A stretch of DNA of 64,000 nt from Eledone cirrhosa (taxonomy: Eukaryota). The stretch covers positions 272,242,001-272,306,000 of the forward strand of contig OZ024743.1 in the NCBI GenBank assembly GCA_964016885.1, read 5' to 3'. This document shows, one piece after another, positions 14,380 through 28,654 of the stretch. Both the position numbers and the translations under genes were made by a program. The notes under the pieces are model-generated. The model did not search any database. It was not told where the DNA came from and saw nothing but the letters and a program-made list of their open reading frames with translations. Position 1 is the stretch's first letter. Each line of letters starts with the position of its first letter.

Positions 14380-14685
14380 TACTGCGACTCCCAAGAAGAA
14401 GGCATTCTTCGGTCATGGCTAGCCATGGGTTTACACCTAAAAAGTTCCTCCTCAGTGCGCCAACTAGGCAAGGTATTTTGTACAAGACCAGCCGACGACC
14501 GTGCATGCAAGTCTTTCCTCCTGATGCCACCGATATTATCCAATAGAAAGGCAAAGACTGACACAGCTTGGTGCCAGTGACGTCGCAGGTAAACCGGAGC
14601 AATGTAAAATGCTCCAATGGAAATCAAAATCACGACCTTATAATTGTATGTCCAACACCCGAACCGTTAGGCCACATGCGTTTAC
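14380..14685 (-). mobile_element. Degraded SINE (tRNA-like head at right end)
   Basis: 14595-14685 resembles the head of the 1715-1980 SINE, followed by a distinct body and tail. Confidence 0.55.
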
Positions 14686-15935
14686 AACTCTCAGTTGATT
14701 GTGCAGAAAAACCAAAAAGAAAAAAACCCAAACAACAAAAAACAAAAAACAAAACAAAGACAAATAATTCATCAATCATTTATTATTTCCTTAATGTAGT
14801 CAATGTGCCAAGAAATAGACAAAAGACAACAAAGTATACTTAATACTTTACCCATTATAAAGACACCTTCATTGTAAGGTCGTAGAAAAGCTAGACTAAT
14901 TAATGATGAAATTACAAAGACTACTTAATCATTGATGCATCCTTAAAAGAATATATTATAGAATTCTGCGATGTCACATCATTCAACAATGTATTATATT
15001 TGAATGAGTACTACACTGCTTTTATTCAGATTGTTTCCTTTCGCTAGCTTTGCAAATAATGCATTATACATAACCCACTGTCTTTAAATTCAACAATATT
15101 TTTCAATATAGTTTCGCATTAATGCTAGCTTGCTATGGGAAGTCACATTTTCCATCCCGTAATATAAAAATGTAATGAATAAGAAAGAAAGCCTCTTGGT
15201 TTTTGGTCATAAGGTTAGAACATTTGAATATTTGTAAGGAATGAATAAAAATACAAAAATAAGTTAAATCTAGGATTCACCTCCGTAGATTGAGTTTATT
15301 GCTTTTATCAATTATTGAAACCTTACACAAGCTTTTCAAAACTGCACGAACGTTATATTATTATTCATGATCTTCTTGTCAATACAAAACCTCTGGGTTT
15401 TGTATTGAGAAATACATTAAAGTTAGTCTCAAGCCGAGGAATAACAGAAAAAACCGACACGGTGAGTTGTTGAAACATGATTCATTTTTCTAAGCTTCCA
15501 ATATGAGAGACATGAGAAGCAAATATATACGGAACAAATATCGATTCAGTTTCACTGAAGATAAAGATTTTCGTGTTTTAGACGAGAGGAAACAGAGAAT
15601 TTCTTACATTCATTGCAATCTCTTTTGGAATAGGACTTTAAAAATGAAATGGAATATCTTGGACTTTATTGACAACCAAATGATTATCCTTTGTTTTGTT
15701 TTATGTCACTTCAATAGATTGAAGAAAATATTGGAATTTCCGTCAGTCAGCTGAAGGTATTGAAACTCTTTCTTCTAATCATCACTATTAACGTGTACAT
15801 AAATACCCACATATATACCTGCCTGCTTGCTTGCTTGCCTGTCTGCCTACCTACCTACCTGCATACCCACCTACATACCTATATACATACATAAATGCAT
15901 ACATATACACATACATATACGCATACATACATATG

Positions 15936-16510
15936 TGGTGGCTGCCAACTTTATATCCATGTAGGAGAACCCCTACCGATACGCTGAACGAGTGTGACTT
16001 TTTAATCCAGCCAGAGACTTGAAAACTCTGGTACAAGCACTACACTTGTGACAATTATTGACACATAGTGCTGGGCCCATGGTACCATGTGACGACAAGT
16101 GCAGAGAGATCTCCAGATATAAAGCAATGCCTGTGCCGTGAAGCTTTTATAGTGAGCAAAGGCACTGCACAAAGCCAGTCCCACTCTCTTAACCAAGATG
16201 ATATTTACCAAAAAGAAGAACAAGTCAACATCATTGGATACCATCAGGGTTGCAGGTGTTATATCAGAGTTTTCCTTCTCCTAGAATTCTGCCTTGACAA
16301 AAGCTAATGGGTCATCTCTCCCGGTGATTTTGGATGGCCATTGACTCTTAAGAGCTCCTTTGCCCTTTGACAGGTTTTGTTTTTAGTCCTGCAGGATGTC
16401 CAAAGTCACCCTCCTCACCAAGAAACCTTGGTGGGGTTGCCAGTTTAGTCGCCAACGACCCGACCATGAGACAGGTTGTACTGGGATACATGTTACCAGT
16501 AGCACCAACA
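15936..16510 (-). mobile_element. ~610-bp non-autonomous bipartite RTE-derived element, copy 1
   Basis: Four near-identical copies in the window. C2H2 remnant ([16 protein letters not shown]), RTE-like 5' part, (TATG)n tail. This copy lacks the 3' hairpin. Confidence 0.75.
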
Positions 16511-16759
16511 TACATATGTACATGCATACATTCATACATACATGCATGTCGTCAACAACAAATATTGCAGGCGTAGAAGACAATTTTAAAATGGGATTTT
16601 ATGCCAATATAACTTAGACTAAACATACAGAAAAAGAAAGCAGTATTGGAAAGGACTATACATGCTATAAATGAGAGGAAAATGAGGGGAAGAGCAAGGA
16701 ATACTAGAAAAAAGGAAGAAATAAAGGAGGAAAAGGAGAGGATGACAGACACTTCACCT

Positions 16760-18050
16760 AAGTCAGAGCCGTGTTTCGGTTGCTCCTCGCAGACAAAATG
16801 GCAAAGGCATTTCCGTGGACAATGGTCAGCGACACATGCTGCAACAGCCACCCCACCTCACGAGCTGCTATCGATCCGATTTTACTACTGTTCAGGGTCC
16901 GAGGACGCCTGAGGTCTCGACGGTGACCGATGTAAAGAGGACGTGACCGGACAATCCCCGGTATTTGCTTTTCTTCCTGTCCTTTGCATTGCGAGCCGCG
17001 GTACCGGGGTTTTGGGTCGAGGTGACTACGTTGGAGGCAGAGAACGTGTCACAGCATGCCGCATCCCAGATGAGAGATATACCTCCTTCAAAAGAAAGTG
17101 GGTAATTCCGTCGGGACGATTACCGTCACCACCGTCGAGTCCTACTGGCTCCACTTGTGACGGGAAGCCGGCTGCGTCGAGGCTCCGTCTCAGTATGTCG
17201 TTGAGAGTGGTATGTCTGGGGAACCGGCAGGCGTTCTGGCGGCATGATAATGGGTGCAGGCGGAACGCATCGACGACAGCTTCACAACAGCATTTACGTG
17301 CCTCACACAAGCAGAGGCAGAACAATTGGACTACTCAGAAGGGTACCGTTTGATGAAGAGGACACCGATTGAGCCGCGCGTGGCTGTTTAGGTGCGAATC
17401 GGAACGGAGTCAGGCAAGGTGGTGTTGGTTCAATTCAGACTCGATCCGTCTGAAGGTAGACATGCAATTGATTTCGTCTCAGTTACGAGGCCACCGTACT
17501 TCACATGAAGCTTTGCCTGTTGATAGCAGGTGCTGACATTGCAGATGAGTTTCGCACAGCGATCTGTTAGAGGGCAACAAGGCGGCCCGCGTAGCATGAA
17601 AAAAATTTAGGAAGGGCGAAGCAGTTCTTCGGGATGAAGAGTGCTGGGTGCGCGTCAATGAGATGCAACCTCTCCGTCATCCTCAACAGGTCTGCGTGCT
17701 TGGTCACCAGGCACTCCCGTATAACTTTCAAGAGAAATGGAAAGCCAATAATGCAGGCAGCGTCTTTGGGCTTTAACCAAACCCCAGACAAGACGGGATG
17801 GATGCTGAGTACGGTGTTGTGGAACTCGGCTCCACCTTAGCTAACCTTTAACACCTCGGACTTGGATGGATTGATGTTGAGTCCGAGGAGCATTAGAGCT
17901 GAGATGATTAGCCAAACGTCTTCAACTACCGACTCAGCCGAGCCAACCAGAATCGCGTCGTGCAGGTACCCGGGCAACATCATCGACTGTCAGCAGAAAG
18001 GGGCGCGGACCGAGTAGGTCTCCTTGCTGGACACCGTAGACTTGATCCGC
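16760..18050 (-). mobile_element. CRE-like non-LTR retrotransposon remnant (RT + CCHC + RLE)
   Basis: GVQQGDLLGP (RT), C.C....D....HPLSC...RH..LNDILRR, EPVGL..DG.RPDG (RLE). Many frameshifts and deletions. Confidence 0.8.
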
Positions 18051-18785
18051 AAAAGGCTTTTGATAAGATACAGCAAACCCTCGAAATAACGCCACCCAGA
18101 ATAACGGAAAAGTCAAGCTAACGACATTAAAAAAAAACATTATGCAGTAAAGAAAACTGCCGACAACATGCCAGTTTGTTTCCGGCGTTTTCAGCAATTT
18201 TGAAAATGTTTTGTTTACTGTATCTGAGAAAGCATTGTTCATTATAAGCTAAATATATTTGTTATTTACTACACGACCTTTATACACGTCATAAAAAATG
18301 GAAGTCGATGTTATTTAGGAAGTTTACTGTATGCATTTAACATAAAAACCCCATTACGCAACAGCTTAGTGTCATAAGATCAGCTTATATAACATTTTCT
18401 CACCAAGGGAAATTTGGTTTCGACGATCATAGCTCACAACAGCACCAGCGTAAACATTTACAATAATATCAACAAAAACAGACTAAGAAATCTGCAAGCT
18501 ATGGCGGCGTCAATATTCGGTCGCCACAAATAAATCAAGATCTATTCTGTTAAAATCCTTCTATCAGCTTTAGAGAGTGATTAAAGAATTACTGTAACGT
18601 AAACCACCTTACCTTAAACCATTAAATAACTTAAACAACAAGCATCTTCTATTGCCCATGGCTGTCACAGATAGTAATTGTTCCAAATTCTGCGTTGTTA
18701 AAGTTTCAAAAGACTTTCAAAACCAACCATGAAAAGCAGCAAAAACGCCAATAAATGTCGATTTAATCAGCACCAGCCATTATTT

Positions 18786-18888
<103 letters not shown>

Positions 18889-19332
18889 GTATATATAGAT
18901 CAATATGAAATCAATCTGACAGAGGTGACAGAAATATTCATCTTAAAAGCAATTTATATCCGTAGTTTGAAAATAATATTTTCAGTTTCTATAAGCTATG
19001 ATTAGATAAAAAAAAGTATATGGCGGGAGAGGGAATAAAACAACCACTCTCATGCTACAATATGTTAACGATATCACAAGATATCATATGAAAGCATGTG
19101 ATAACGCGTACTTATATACAGCTGAATGTAATACATAAGAAATAAATGCAGTTGATTTCCTTCGTAAAGTATATAATGGTCAATGATTAAAACAAGCTGA
19201 TCTGATATAAAAACTATATGTGTAGACTAATAACGCCTGATGGCGCCGCAGGGGAACCATTGTGACACTTAGGCATTATAAACCTGGGAGAGCCCATCCC
19301 CTCTTCAGGTCTGAACACATCCGATTACTTTC

Positions 19333-19462
<130 letters not shown>

Positions 19463-19479
19463 CCGCAGTTCTGGACTGG

Positions 19480-19612
19480 TCTTGTTTTATTAATCTGAAA
19501 AAGATGAAAGGCAAAGTTGGCCTCGGCGGGATTTGACACCCGTGAGCAGAGAGCCGAAACGATAAACGCAAAGCATTATGTCCGCTAACAATTTGGTATT
19601 TTCGCCGCCCTG
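19480..19612 (-). mobile_element. SINE (same family as 390-570)
   Basis: GATGAAAGGCAAAGTTGGCCTCGGCGGGATTTGAC is the reverse complement of the core. Confidence 0.7.
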
Positions 19613-20295
19613 ATATGGACACTACAGAACGAGAATAAACAATTGTAATATGCTGTAGCAAGGTAAAAATACGGTGACAATAATGTCCGCCTGAACTAAA
19701 CTAGATTTTACATTCACGTTGTAACACATTTGCGACAATGATTGACAACATGAAATTATCGTGTGGTGTGAAAATAATTAAACAGCAGGAAATAACACAA
19801 GATTCCTGTATTAATTGAACGAAGTGAGTGATTAAGGCAACTTACTGAGCCAATCAAGTCGAGTGATTAGAACATTTAAAAGACTACCACTAAGAATGTT
19901 ATGACAATCGATTTCTGTTTTGGCATACATTGGAAATATTACCTTTTATATACTTTATATATTCTACTGTCTTACAAATACGCACAAATACACATGTACG
20001 CGCACATACATACAGATACACAAACACAAACTGATAGACTAGAATATATACACATATACAGAAATACAGGTTATCACCTAGTATAATGCATATGTTGAAA
20101 GCTGTTTAAATATTAAATACTTTTAAAGCTTCCAAAAAAACCATAAACTAAAATGAAAATAAACAGTTCTCCCATTCTGTTCGAGTTTCTCGCCATTTTT
20201 CTCTCTTGCTCTTTCAATCATTCTTTCACTAATATATACATATTACACATACATATTATATATATATGCACATAAGAATATAAGAATACACCCCC

Positions 20296-20346
<51 letters not shown>

Positions 20347-20576
20347 TTTACATGCGCGCGCGCGTATGTGTAGCGAAAAAAGAATAAAGGAGCGCTCTCT
20401 ATATGTAATCAGAATGAATACTTATTTAGTAATTCGTATATACGATGTTATATCTGTAACAAATGGTTTCATGAACAGACAATGGTTTCATGAGCAGAAC
20501 TACCGCGATCGCGTTCTTTTTTATGTCTTTAGGGAAATATGCACAAAAAGTGACAGAGGAAGGGAGATAACTCAAA

Positions 20577-21165
20577 TCTTCTTCTTCTTCTTCTTCTTCT
20601 TCTTCTTCTTCTTCTTCTTCTTCTTCTTCTTCTTCTTCTTCTTCTTCTTCTTCTTCTTCTTCTTCTTCTTCTTCTTCTTCTTCTTCTTCTTCTTCTTCTT
20701 CTTCTTGGGAGGGTCGTGGGGGCAGAATCCTCAAACACTCCTTCCAGCGGGTCCTGTTAGAAGCAACCGTCTCCAACGAATCCGGCTGGATCCCCAAGCG
20801 TGAACAGCCAAGCTCATAGATGTTATCCAACCATATTCCTTGGGATCGACCCCTGGGTCTCCTGCCGATTGTTTTTGCCTGTAAAATTGTCAAGCGATTC
20901 TTCCCTGAAACATTCTAACCACATGCTTATAGTATTGGAGCTGTGATCTCTCAATTCGGAGAAGTAGTGGCTCTACCTGGAGTGACTCATCTCCGAGCTA
21001 CGACCTCTATTGAGTAACGTTATTCCAAAGACCCTTCGGAGGAACCCCATTTCGGCCACTTGTATTCGCGAGTCTATTCTTTCGGTCATTACCCAAAATT
21101 CATGACCATAGGCACGAATACCGAATTGAAGATTGCGAGTTTGGTTTTTACGCCTTACTCTGGTA
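20577..21165 (-). mobile_element. RTE-clade (Rex3/Expander-like) LINE 3' fragment with (GAA)n tail at 20577-20706
   Basis: YGHEFWVMTERIDSRIQVAEMGFLRRV.G and GRRPRGR...W.D...LG...W...L..LPPRP, then a trinucleotide tail. Confidence 0.85.
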
Positions 21166-21659
21166 TGATAAAAATCCTCTGGAAATTGTCTGTATAATTT
21201 ACCGAGTCTATTACAAGACACACATGTACATATACGATCAATGTACACTTTCACGTATCTGGAAACCTGCGTGATCGTTTGCATACTTGTTTATGTATGT
21301 ATATATAACCGAATACATAATAATTATATGCTGTATGAGAATAAGGTATATTAGGAAGGAAGAAAGTGAGAAAAGCAACAGAAGGTAATACGTTGTAGTC
21401 TTATTAATAACCGCATTGTTTCTTCCCAGGGACTATGTCGAAAAATAAACCTAATTTGGTAATTCTATGAGAATATCTTGGTCAGCCTATGAACTTTTCA
21501 GCCGACCCTCTTATCGCTAAGGTGAGTTTTGCCGGTTTAGATGCACAGGAAGATAGAAAATATATTTTAAAATGTAAACAGTTCCAGAAGATCTTACTTT
21601 GAAGCTGAAGTATTCTTTAGATGATTTTAAGTTCTTGAGAATTCTGTTTTCACTGATAT

Positions 21660-21800
21660 AAATAAAACCCGCTCCTCTTCGCTCCATTGATATGTGGTTT
21701 GAACTTTTCCAATACTCTCTATTTTATTGTATAGGGTATTCCTCTATCTTTTAATGCCCATACATATGTGACCAGAGTTGTCTACGACTTCGTTTTAGTG
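21660..21800 (-). pseudogene. Old Penelope-like GIY-YIG C-terminal remnant
   Basis: Manual translation TTLVTYVWALKDRGIPYTIK*RVLEKFKPHINGAKR aligns by eye with TTFSGHIWDLQDNNITYNLTWSLLSKANSYTGGRR (ORF 46496-47188). Confidence 0.65.
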
Positions 21801-22254
21801 TCTGAAAGTCAAAACATACGAATAGATTCTCTGCTTATATTTAACTTCCACAGGAACCACATATCTTTACCCAGTACTTGGTTGGTATTCTCAAGTGGGA
21901 CGTTTACTTAATATATTTCGGTTTTACACACTCTTTCTTTTTAAAAAGTTAAAAATCCGACACAACACAAGTATAGTAAGGATACAATCATAACACAACA
22001 CCCGCGATCCAATCACCTGCACTCTTTTGACAACTGGGGTAATCATACATGATCACTCTATCTGTTAGAAATAGAAGTAAAATCTCTTTGAAATAACATG
22101 GTACTTGATTTTCTTTTAAATGGATGACTCATTCGATAATATAGTGCTAGATACGCTGTTTGAATAAAATATAGAATAGTCTTGGTAGAATGCTTTGATA
22201 AGACTGCTCAATCATTACTGATTAGGGTTAGTTAACATAACCTAATTTGGCGAA

Positions 22255-22345
22255 CAGGCAATTTGAGTTTAAATCCCAACGAGGTCAACTTTGCTATTCA
22301 TCCTTTCAAAATTGGTAAAGTACCAGACCAGTACTGTGATCGATT
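22255..22345 (+). mobile_element. SINE fragment (same family as 390-570)
   Basis: GAGTTTAAATCCCAACGAGGTCAACTTTGCTATTCATCCTTTC. Confidence 0.65.
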
Positions 22346-23544
22346 CTTCCTCTAGATTTTATTTCCATTATCTCTCTATTATTCTCTATTTTCCCCTTTA
22401 TTTGGAAGCAATCGTCTGGTTTCTATGAAAATAATCAAACATGGAGATGGGATAGACTTCGCCAGGCATAAAACACCCAACACGCCGCCCCATGACTCCA
22501 TCAACAATTAAGGGTCCATGGCAAGGTATGGCATCGCAATTTGCAGCGAGGAAAAATAATCACTTGACTAAAAAGCTACAATTTGCATCTCAAGGAATAG
22601 ATATTAATACATCTCATATTCTCATTTATTTTTATCCTTCTTTCAGACTCGATATCTTATTGATGACGATTGATCGATAAATCTTAAAATACAAATGGCA
22701 AAGGAAATTAATGGTATGATCTTGGGTGAAAAACTGTGTAAGAATTCATCTTTATTAGTATTACTATTATCATCACCTCCCGCAACTCCCACCACATGCA
22801 TATATTTTGTTTTTATTATATTTCAGTACAAAATGTAAACTGACCAAGACACCTTCTATAAGATAGATGTATACACAGATGGATACATACACACTTATAT
22901 GTATTATTCATTCTTGTATAATATAAACTGCATAATTGAAGCTTCAGAAGAGATCTTTGTGAAGCCTTCTAGCTTTAGGTTGCGTGACTAGGAATATATC
23001 CCCAGGGAAAGAAGCTTGTGAAGTGTTCTTTTTAGCTTGCTTTATTGAGATCTATCCCTTGGGGATTTTGTATAAGATGTTTTATATGTATTCGCTTCGC
23101 TGAATGAGACCTTTTTTAGCGACTTCTTTTTATTGTTATGTATATTCATGACAAATTTACTTATGTATAATATAGGCCGATACACACCCTTATATTAACA
23201 TACTTTTGCTCATAGCTTCGTACTTACATGCACACACACTCTTTTACTCACATATACACACGCATTTCTTCTTAGCTTCGTAAACACCTATAATAACACA
23301 CACACAGACACAAACTCATGCTTAAGCACGTGCTGAAGTATAGCTCTTTTTACAAAACGTTTTTTTTTTCATTTCAGGTAGACGCGCGCCATCCAGTTTT
23401 CTAAAAAAGCAAATCATACACAAAACGCCAGCACCAACAGTTTTGCAAGAGATGTCAACATGAATGGACCTGTTATTTTTATCTAAAGACATTTTTTCCA
23501 ATTCCATCACGCCCGTTTCCTCAATCATTTTATTTCTCATTCTT

Positions 23545-23580
23545 TCTTCTGATGAAGGACTAGCGTCCGAAACGTTAGGA
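23545..23580 (+). ncRNA. Minimal type I hammerhead ribozyme (weak stem I) in a PLE-like terminus
   Basis: CTGATGA-a-GGAC-tagc-GTCC-GAAA-CGTTA, palindromic AACGTT stem III. About 90 bp later comes (TA)n. Confidence 0.65.
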
Positions 23581-23664
23581 CCCTCTTCCTGCTATATCAA
23601 GCGTTAACCTAATATATACCTTCCATATACTGTACCGATTGTGTTGTTATTTCTGTTTACCTTT

Positions 23665-23748
<84 letters not shown>

Positions 23749-24868
23749 ACGAGAGAATTACTTTCACAACCAATTAGAAAACCATATTCGAAGACGTGCG
23801 TTTCACCGGACGGATTTTCAACGGGTACATGTGTCGACTGATGAAAAGGAACTGTCCTGTGCTTCGGCCGTTTTCTCGTTGTTTTCGCTCACCTATTTTA
23901 AGTCATTTTTTTTATGATCCTAGCCACGCGGCACACCTTTTCAAATTTATGAGTATTTAAACTTTACACCACCTGCATTCTCTGTCCAAACGAACAATTT
24001 GTTTTATTACTCTTTGTATATTCTCTGATCTTTCATCTTCTCTTTCTCACTTCGCCTTCTGTGCATACTTTATTTTCTTGGCTAATATGTTGGGCGTTGT
24101 TACTATCTCTTTTTTTCAGTTGCAACACATTGGTTTGTAGCAAAGTTTATCTTATTTGTAAATAGTATCCTTTTGGCGTCATGTGGAGAGCAAAGGGATT
24201 AATGAGAGAGCTAGAAATAACTCATCAACGCATTCTAATTAATCAAGTTGGCTGAAATATGGGAGCAGTATACAAAAACAAGCAAAAATAAATCGAAATT
24301 AAAACATCTCGATTTTGCTCTTCGGTAAAGAGCTTGATGGAAATAAAAAGTGGAAAACCTATACCAGAGCCCAATTATGCAAGAATATTACAGAAACATT
24401 ATTATATATTGTAATACATATGACAAGGTATAAAAGTAATCAAAATATAAAAATATTACTTACATTAATTGTTATACATAAATACAACGGTTACATGTCA
24501 GCTATTCAACTAGTCTCCTAATGGACAGTTTATATTTTGTACTAGAAAAAAGACGTCACCAACCGAGGAAAGTCTGTCTTTGAATTCACTAATTCTACCT
24601 TGTTTATTTTAACTATGGTAAATGGTGGATGTTTTCTCCAAGATTAGAAACAGCTATATTGTTATAATTTAGGTATAACAATTATATTTTTACAATTGTA
24701 TTTCGTTAAAATTGAAACGAACGTAGAAATCGATAAAATGATTTGACCCAGTAGTTAGTTCAGATCTAGCTTGGTTAGTTGAGATCTAGCTGTCGAAACG
24801 GCCGGAGCTCAGCCGTCGGTGTACTGACTCTTTTCCTATTACCCACTCTACTACCCTAGTATCGAGTA

Positions 24869-25157
24869 CAACTGGAGTCTTATTTTTTTTTATTTTTTTT
24901 TTTTTTTTAAATATATACATTTATTTGGTTCCTTTACCGGTTTCGCAGTTATTCTGCTTTTCAAAACTCACCTTTTGAAAAGCAGAAGAACTGCGAAACC
25001 GGTAAAGGAACCAAATAAATATATATATTTAAAAAAAAAATAAAATAAAATAAGACTCCAGTTGCATTTTCGATTTCATCTCTTTTTCTTTATACTTTCA
25101 CTCGTGTAGGACACCTCGGTTATTTTTCATTTTGTAAAAAAAACCTCACTTTCTAAT
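24869..25157 (+). mobile_element. Family C fold-back element with hammerhead (palindrome 24869-25064)
   Basis: Inverted arms of about 95 bp. Further copies at 42335-42635 and 42675-42912. Ends in (TA)n. Confidence 0.75.
24971..25008 (+). ncRNA. Minimal type I hammerhead, U3:A8 core (family C)
   Basis: CCTT-TTGAAAA-GCAG-aagaa-CTGC-GAAA-CCG-GTA^AAGG. All three stems pair; ACCGGT stem III is palindromic. Confidence 0.85.
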
Positions 25158-25173
25158 ATATATATATATATAT

Positions 25174-25822
25174 AAATGGAAAAGAATGAAACGAAATTTC
25201 ATTTCTCACTCTTAGTACGGCTGATACCTAATTATAAGTATGTATACGTACATACATATATGTGTACAGACGCACAGTAGTATGTATATATATACATACA
25301 TGCACACATATATATATATATGTACGTATGGGTTTACCGAACATTTATTATAATGTTCGGTTTGTTTGTAAACAAACAGCCCGAATTACGCCGTACAGTG
25401 CTCAGCAACCATCGTCGCCCTTTTGTTCAACACTGACACAGGAACGATGTAATAGTTTCAAGCTTATTAGCTATCGTCAGCATCGTATACCTTTCTGTCA
25501 GATGATTGAACGTCTGAAAGTATATACTTTCCTTATGCATATTAACGGTTGAGCAGCCTAATTTGCATATCGAGTGAGTTAGTCGGCTGGGCGTAGCGAA
25601 AACGATAAATGGAAAAGAATGAAATGAAATGAAATTTCTCACTCTTAGTACGACTGATATCTAATTATAAGTATGTATACGTACATACATATATGTGTAC
25701 AGACGCACAGTAGTATGTATATATATATACATACATGCACACATATATGTACGTATGGGTTTATATACATACTACTATGTGTCTGTACACATATATGTAT
25801 GTACGTATACATACTTATAATT
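25174..25822 (-). mobile_element. Family A retrozyme-like element (about 1.3 units plus inverted end)
   Basis: Direct repeat 25174-25335 / 25607-25762 with an internal hammerhead. Homologous to 36618-37328 and 53383-54193. Confidence 0.8.
25445..25485 (-). ncRNA. Type I hammerhead (family A)
   Basis: CGATG-CTGACGA-tAGCTaataAGCTt-GAAA-CTA-TTA^CATCG. Confidence 0.8.
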
Positions 25823-25851
25823 ATATATATACATACGTATACATACTTATA

Positions 25852-25885
<34 letters not shown>

Positions 25886-25903
25886 CGTATGTAAGTATAT
25901 ATG

Positions 25904-25941
<38 letters not shown>

Positions 25942-26125
25942 AAAAGGAAAAGAATGACTTCACTTCTAGCTCTAAACTATTTTATTTAATTTTATAATAT
26001 TAGGGTTTTACAATTTGGTTACGTAAGTTCTTTGTTAATTTCGGTGGGGATGAAATTAAATTGTTTAGAACTACAAACGAAGTCATTCTTTTTCTTTTTT
26101 TAAATATACCCAACAGTACCAAGGA

Positions 26126-26323
<198 letters not shown>

Positions 26324-26369
26324 TAACAAGTAAGTATGTTTTGAAACAGCGAGCGAGTTTGAAATTAGA

Positions 26370-26528
26370 AATAGAAGCTTTCGCCGTACTTTTGACCAAA
26401 GAAATTTTAGCCTGACAGTGAGGTTTAGAACTTTCAAGGAAATGAAAAAAATGCGTATTAACGTCAATACTCATCTTTTTTCATTTCTTTGAGGGTTCTA
26501 AACCTCACTATCAGGCTAAAATTTATTT
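26370..26528. repeat. Family F ~125-bp spacerless palindrome, copy 1
   Basis: TTAGCCTGACAGTGAGGTTTAGAAC...ACGT...GTTCTAAACCTCACTATCAGGCTAA. Second copy at 43320-43485. Confidence 0.8.
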
Positions 26529-26647
26529 ATATATATATGTACACACACACACACATACTCACACACACACATACTCACACACACACACGCACATACACAC
26601 AGGCACAAACACACAAACACACACATATAAAGAAATACATATATATA

Positions 26648-26689
<42 letters not shown>

Positions 26690-26851
26690 TAAAATAACAG
26701 ATTAAAGTTTATTTATATCGATATATATATATATATATAAAATGGAATAGAATGAAATGAAATTTCATTTCTCACTCTTAGTACGGCACTTACTTAAATG
26801 TAAGTATGTATGTATACGTACATACATATATGTATACAGACGTACAGTAGC

Positions 26852-26899
<48 letters not shown>

Positions 26900-26904
<5 letters not shown>

Positions 26905-27334
26905 GAAGAGAGAAGAAACATTTAGATATAATTAGTAATAAAATGTATCATACCTAAACTGCTCCTAAATTCCTCGACTACGTAGTTTCGTGGCATAAAC
27001 AAAAACAATATATCATAAAGATATAGAGTCCCTGCGAGGTCTGCCGACTTATCAAGAGGATACCTCATTTTACTAGTCTCAAGAACGCGTCTACACGACG
27101 TGAGAAAGAATCCCAAAAGGCGGAGGGGGATATAACGGTCGAGAAACAGAGCTAAGCCTCTTATAACCACGAAGAAAATACCACAGAGGCGGAGGGGGTA
27201 TTCATATCGAGGCCGCAGAAGAGGTGGTGAAGAAGGCTAGAAGTATGAGTAATGGAAGCTTTCCAGTTGTCCCCACACCTCAAAGATTGCTCGACCAGAG
27301 GGAGTTATTAACAATATATTTAGAAACACACAGA

Positions 27335-27345
<11 letters not shown>
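26900..27345 (-). mobile_element. Family H retrozyme-like element (partial copy of 60205-61045)
   Basis: Reverse complement of about 60595-61040, abutting (TA)n. Confidence 0.8.
26971..27060 (-). ncRNA. Type I hammerhead, U3:A8 core (family H)
   Basis: TCCTC-TTGATAA-GT.GGCA...TGCCAC-GAAA-CTACGTA-GTC^GAGGA. Confidence 0.8.
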
Positions 27346-27618
<273 letters not shown>

Positions 27619-27736
27619 CATACAGGCACACATATATATATGTACGTATCAGTTTAGCGAACATTTATTATAATGTTCGCTTTGTTCGTTTGTAAACAAA
27701 GCGAACATTATAATAAATGTTCGCTAAACTGATACG

Positions 27737-27767
<31 letters not shown>

Positions 27768-27774
27768 CATATAT

Positions 27775-28566
27775 AACGTTTAATTAGGAATATACTCAAA
27801 TATTTCCTAATGTTTGTTGAGTGGGTTGGACTTTGTCCGGTGTATCGCTATTAGCTTTCTCCGTCTATGTATTTATATATTTACTCTTGGTGCAACAGAT
27901 ATGAACTTTCCCGATATAAGGTATGACTCTCTTTGTGTATTTTTTATATGAATATTGACTGTTTGTTCTTGTATCTCATTCTGTATCTCTTGTATCTCAT
28001 CTTGTATCTATATGTCATTAAGCGAAGCGCACATATGGTTACTTTTTCATATCCAATTGAGTTCTAAGCACGTGGCTTGAATTCGTATCGGAATTCAATT
28101 GACCTGCGCATGTATTGTTTTTGGCGGTAGTCTCCTTCCTCATATTTTCGAGACTGAGATTTTCTTTAGAACTGCTGGACTAACAACCTAGCAGCTCCCT
28201 CAAGTACTGATGGTGATTATCGCTAAATATTGATGTTGATTTGGTTATCAATATTAATGTTATGGGGCACCCACTGAAGAATTATAAGAGCCCACTTGTA
28301 TAAGTATCTGTTGATCTTATACAAGCTTCTATATAATTTGGTATAATTTCACCCAACTTGTAGAAATCTTATAATGAAACGAGTCGTCTGGGAAGTGATA
28401 TATTTGATATATCTCATATGAAATGATACAGCCAATTCTCCACACAATACAATATAGTTAGCACCCCGAACGTTTAATTAGGAATATACTCAAATATTTC
28501 CTAATGTTTGTTGAGTGAGTTGGAATTTGGCCGGAGTATCGCTATTAGCTTTCTCCGTTTATGTAT
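27775..28566 (+). mobile_element. Non-coding element with ~95-bp direct terminal repeats (period 694) and internal hammerhead
   Basis: AACGTTTAATTAGGAATATACTC...TTTCTCCGT at 27775 and 28469, (TA)n on both sides. Confidence 0.8.
28270..28392 (+). ncRNA. Type I hammerhead with long stem II insertion
   Basis: CCCA-CTGAAGA-ATTATAAG...(79 nt)...CTTATAAT-GAAA-CGAGTC-GTC^TGGG. Confidence 0.8.
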
Positions 28567-28567
28567 A

Positions 28568-28654
<87 letters not shown>

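Noticed and set aside
21431-21521. Exon-like segment (cag|...|gtgagt)
   Set aside because: Stops occur in all three frames and there is no recognisable product or partner exon. A UTR or start exon cannot be excluded without RNA data.
23378-23463. Acceptor-like tttcag followed by a short open frame
   Set aside because: No recognisable protein and no supported upstream exon.
23790-23825. Minus-strand TTGAAAA-tCCG-tc-CGGt-GAAA-CGCAC-GTC hammerhead-like motif
   Set aside because: Core and stems II/III are plausible but stem I does not pair, so it was not counted.
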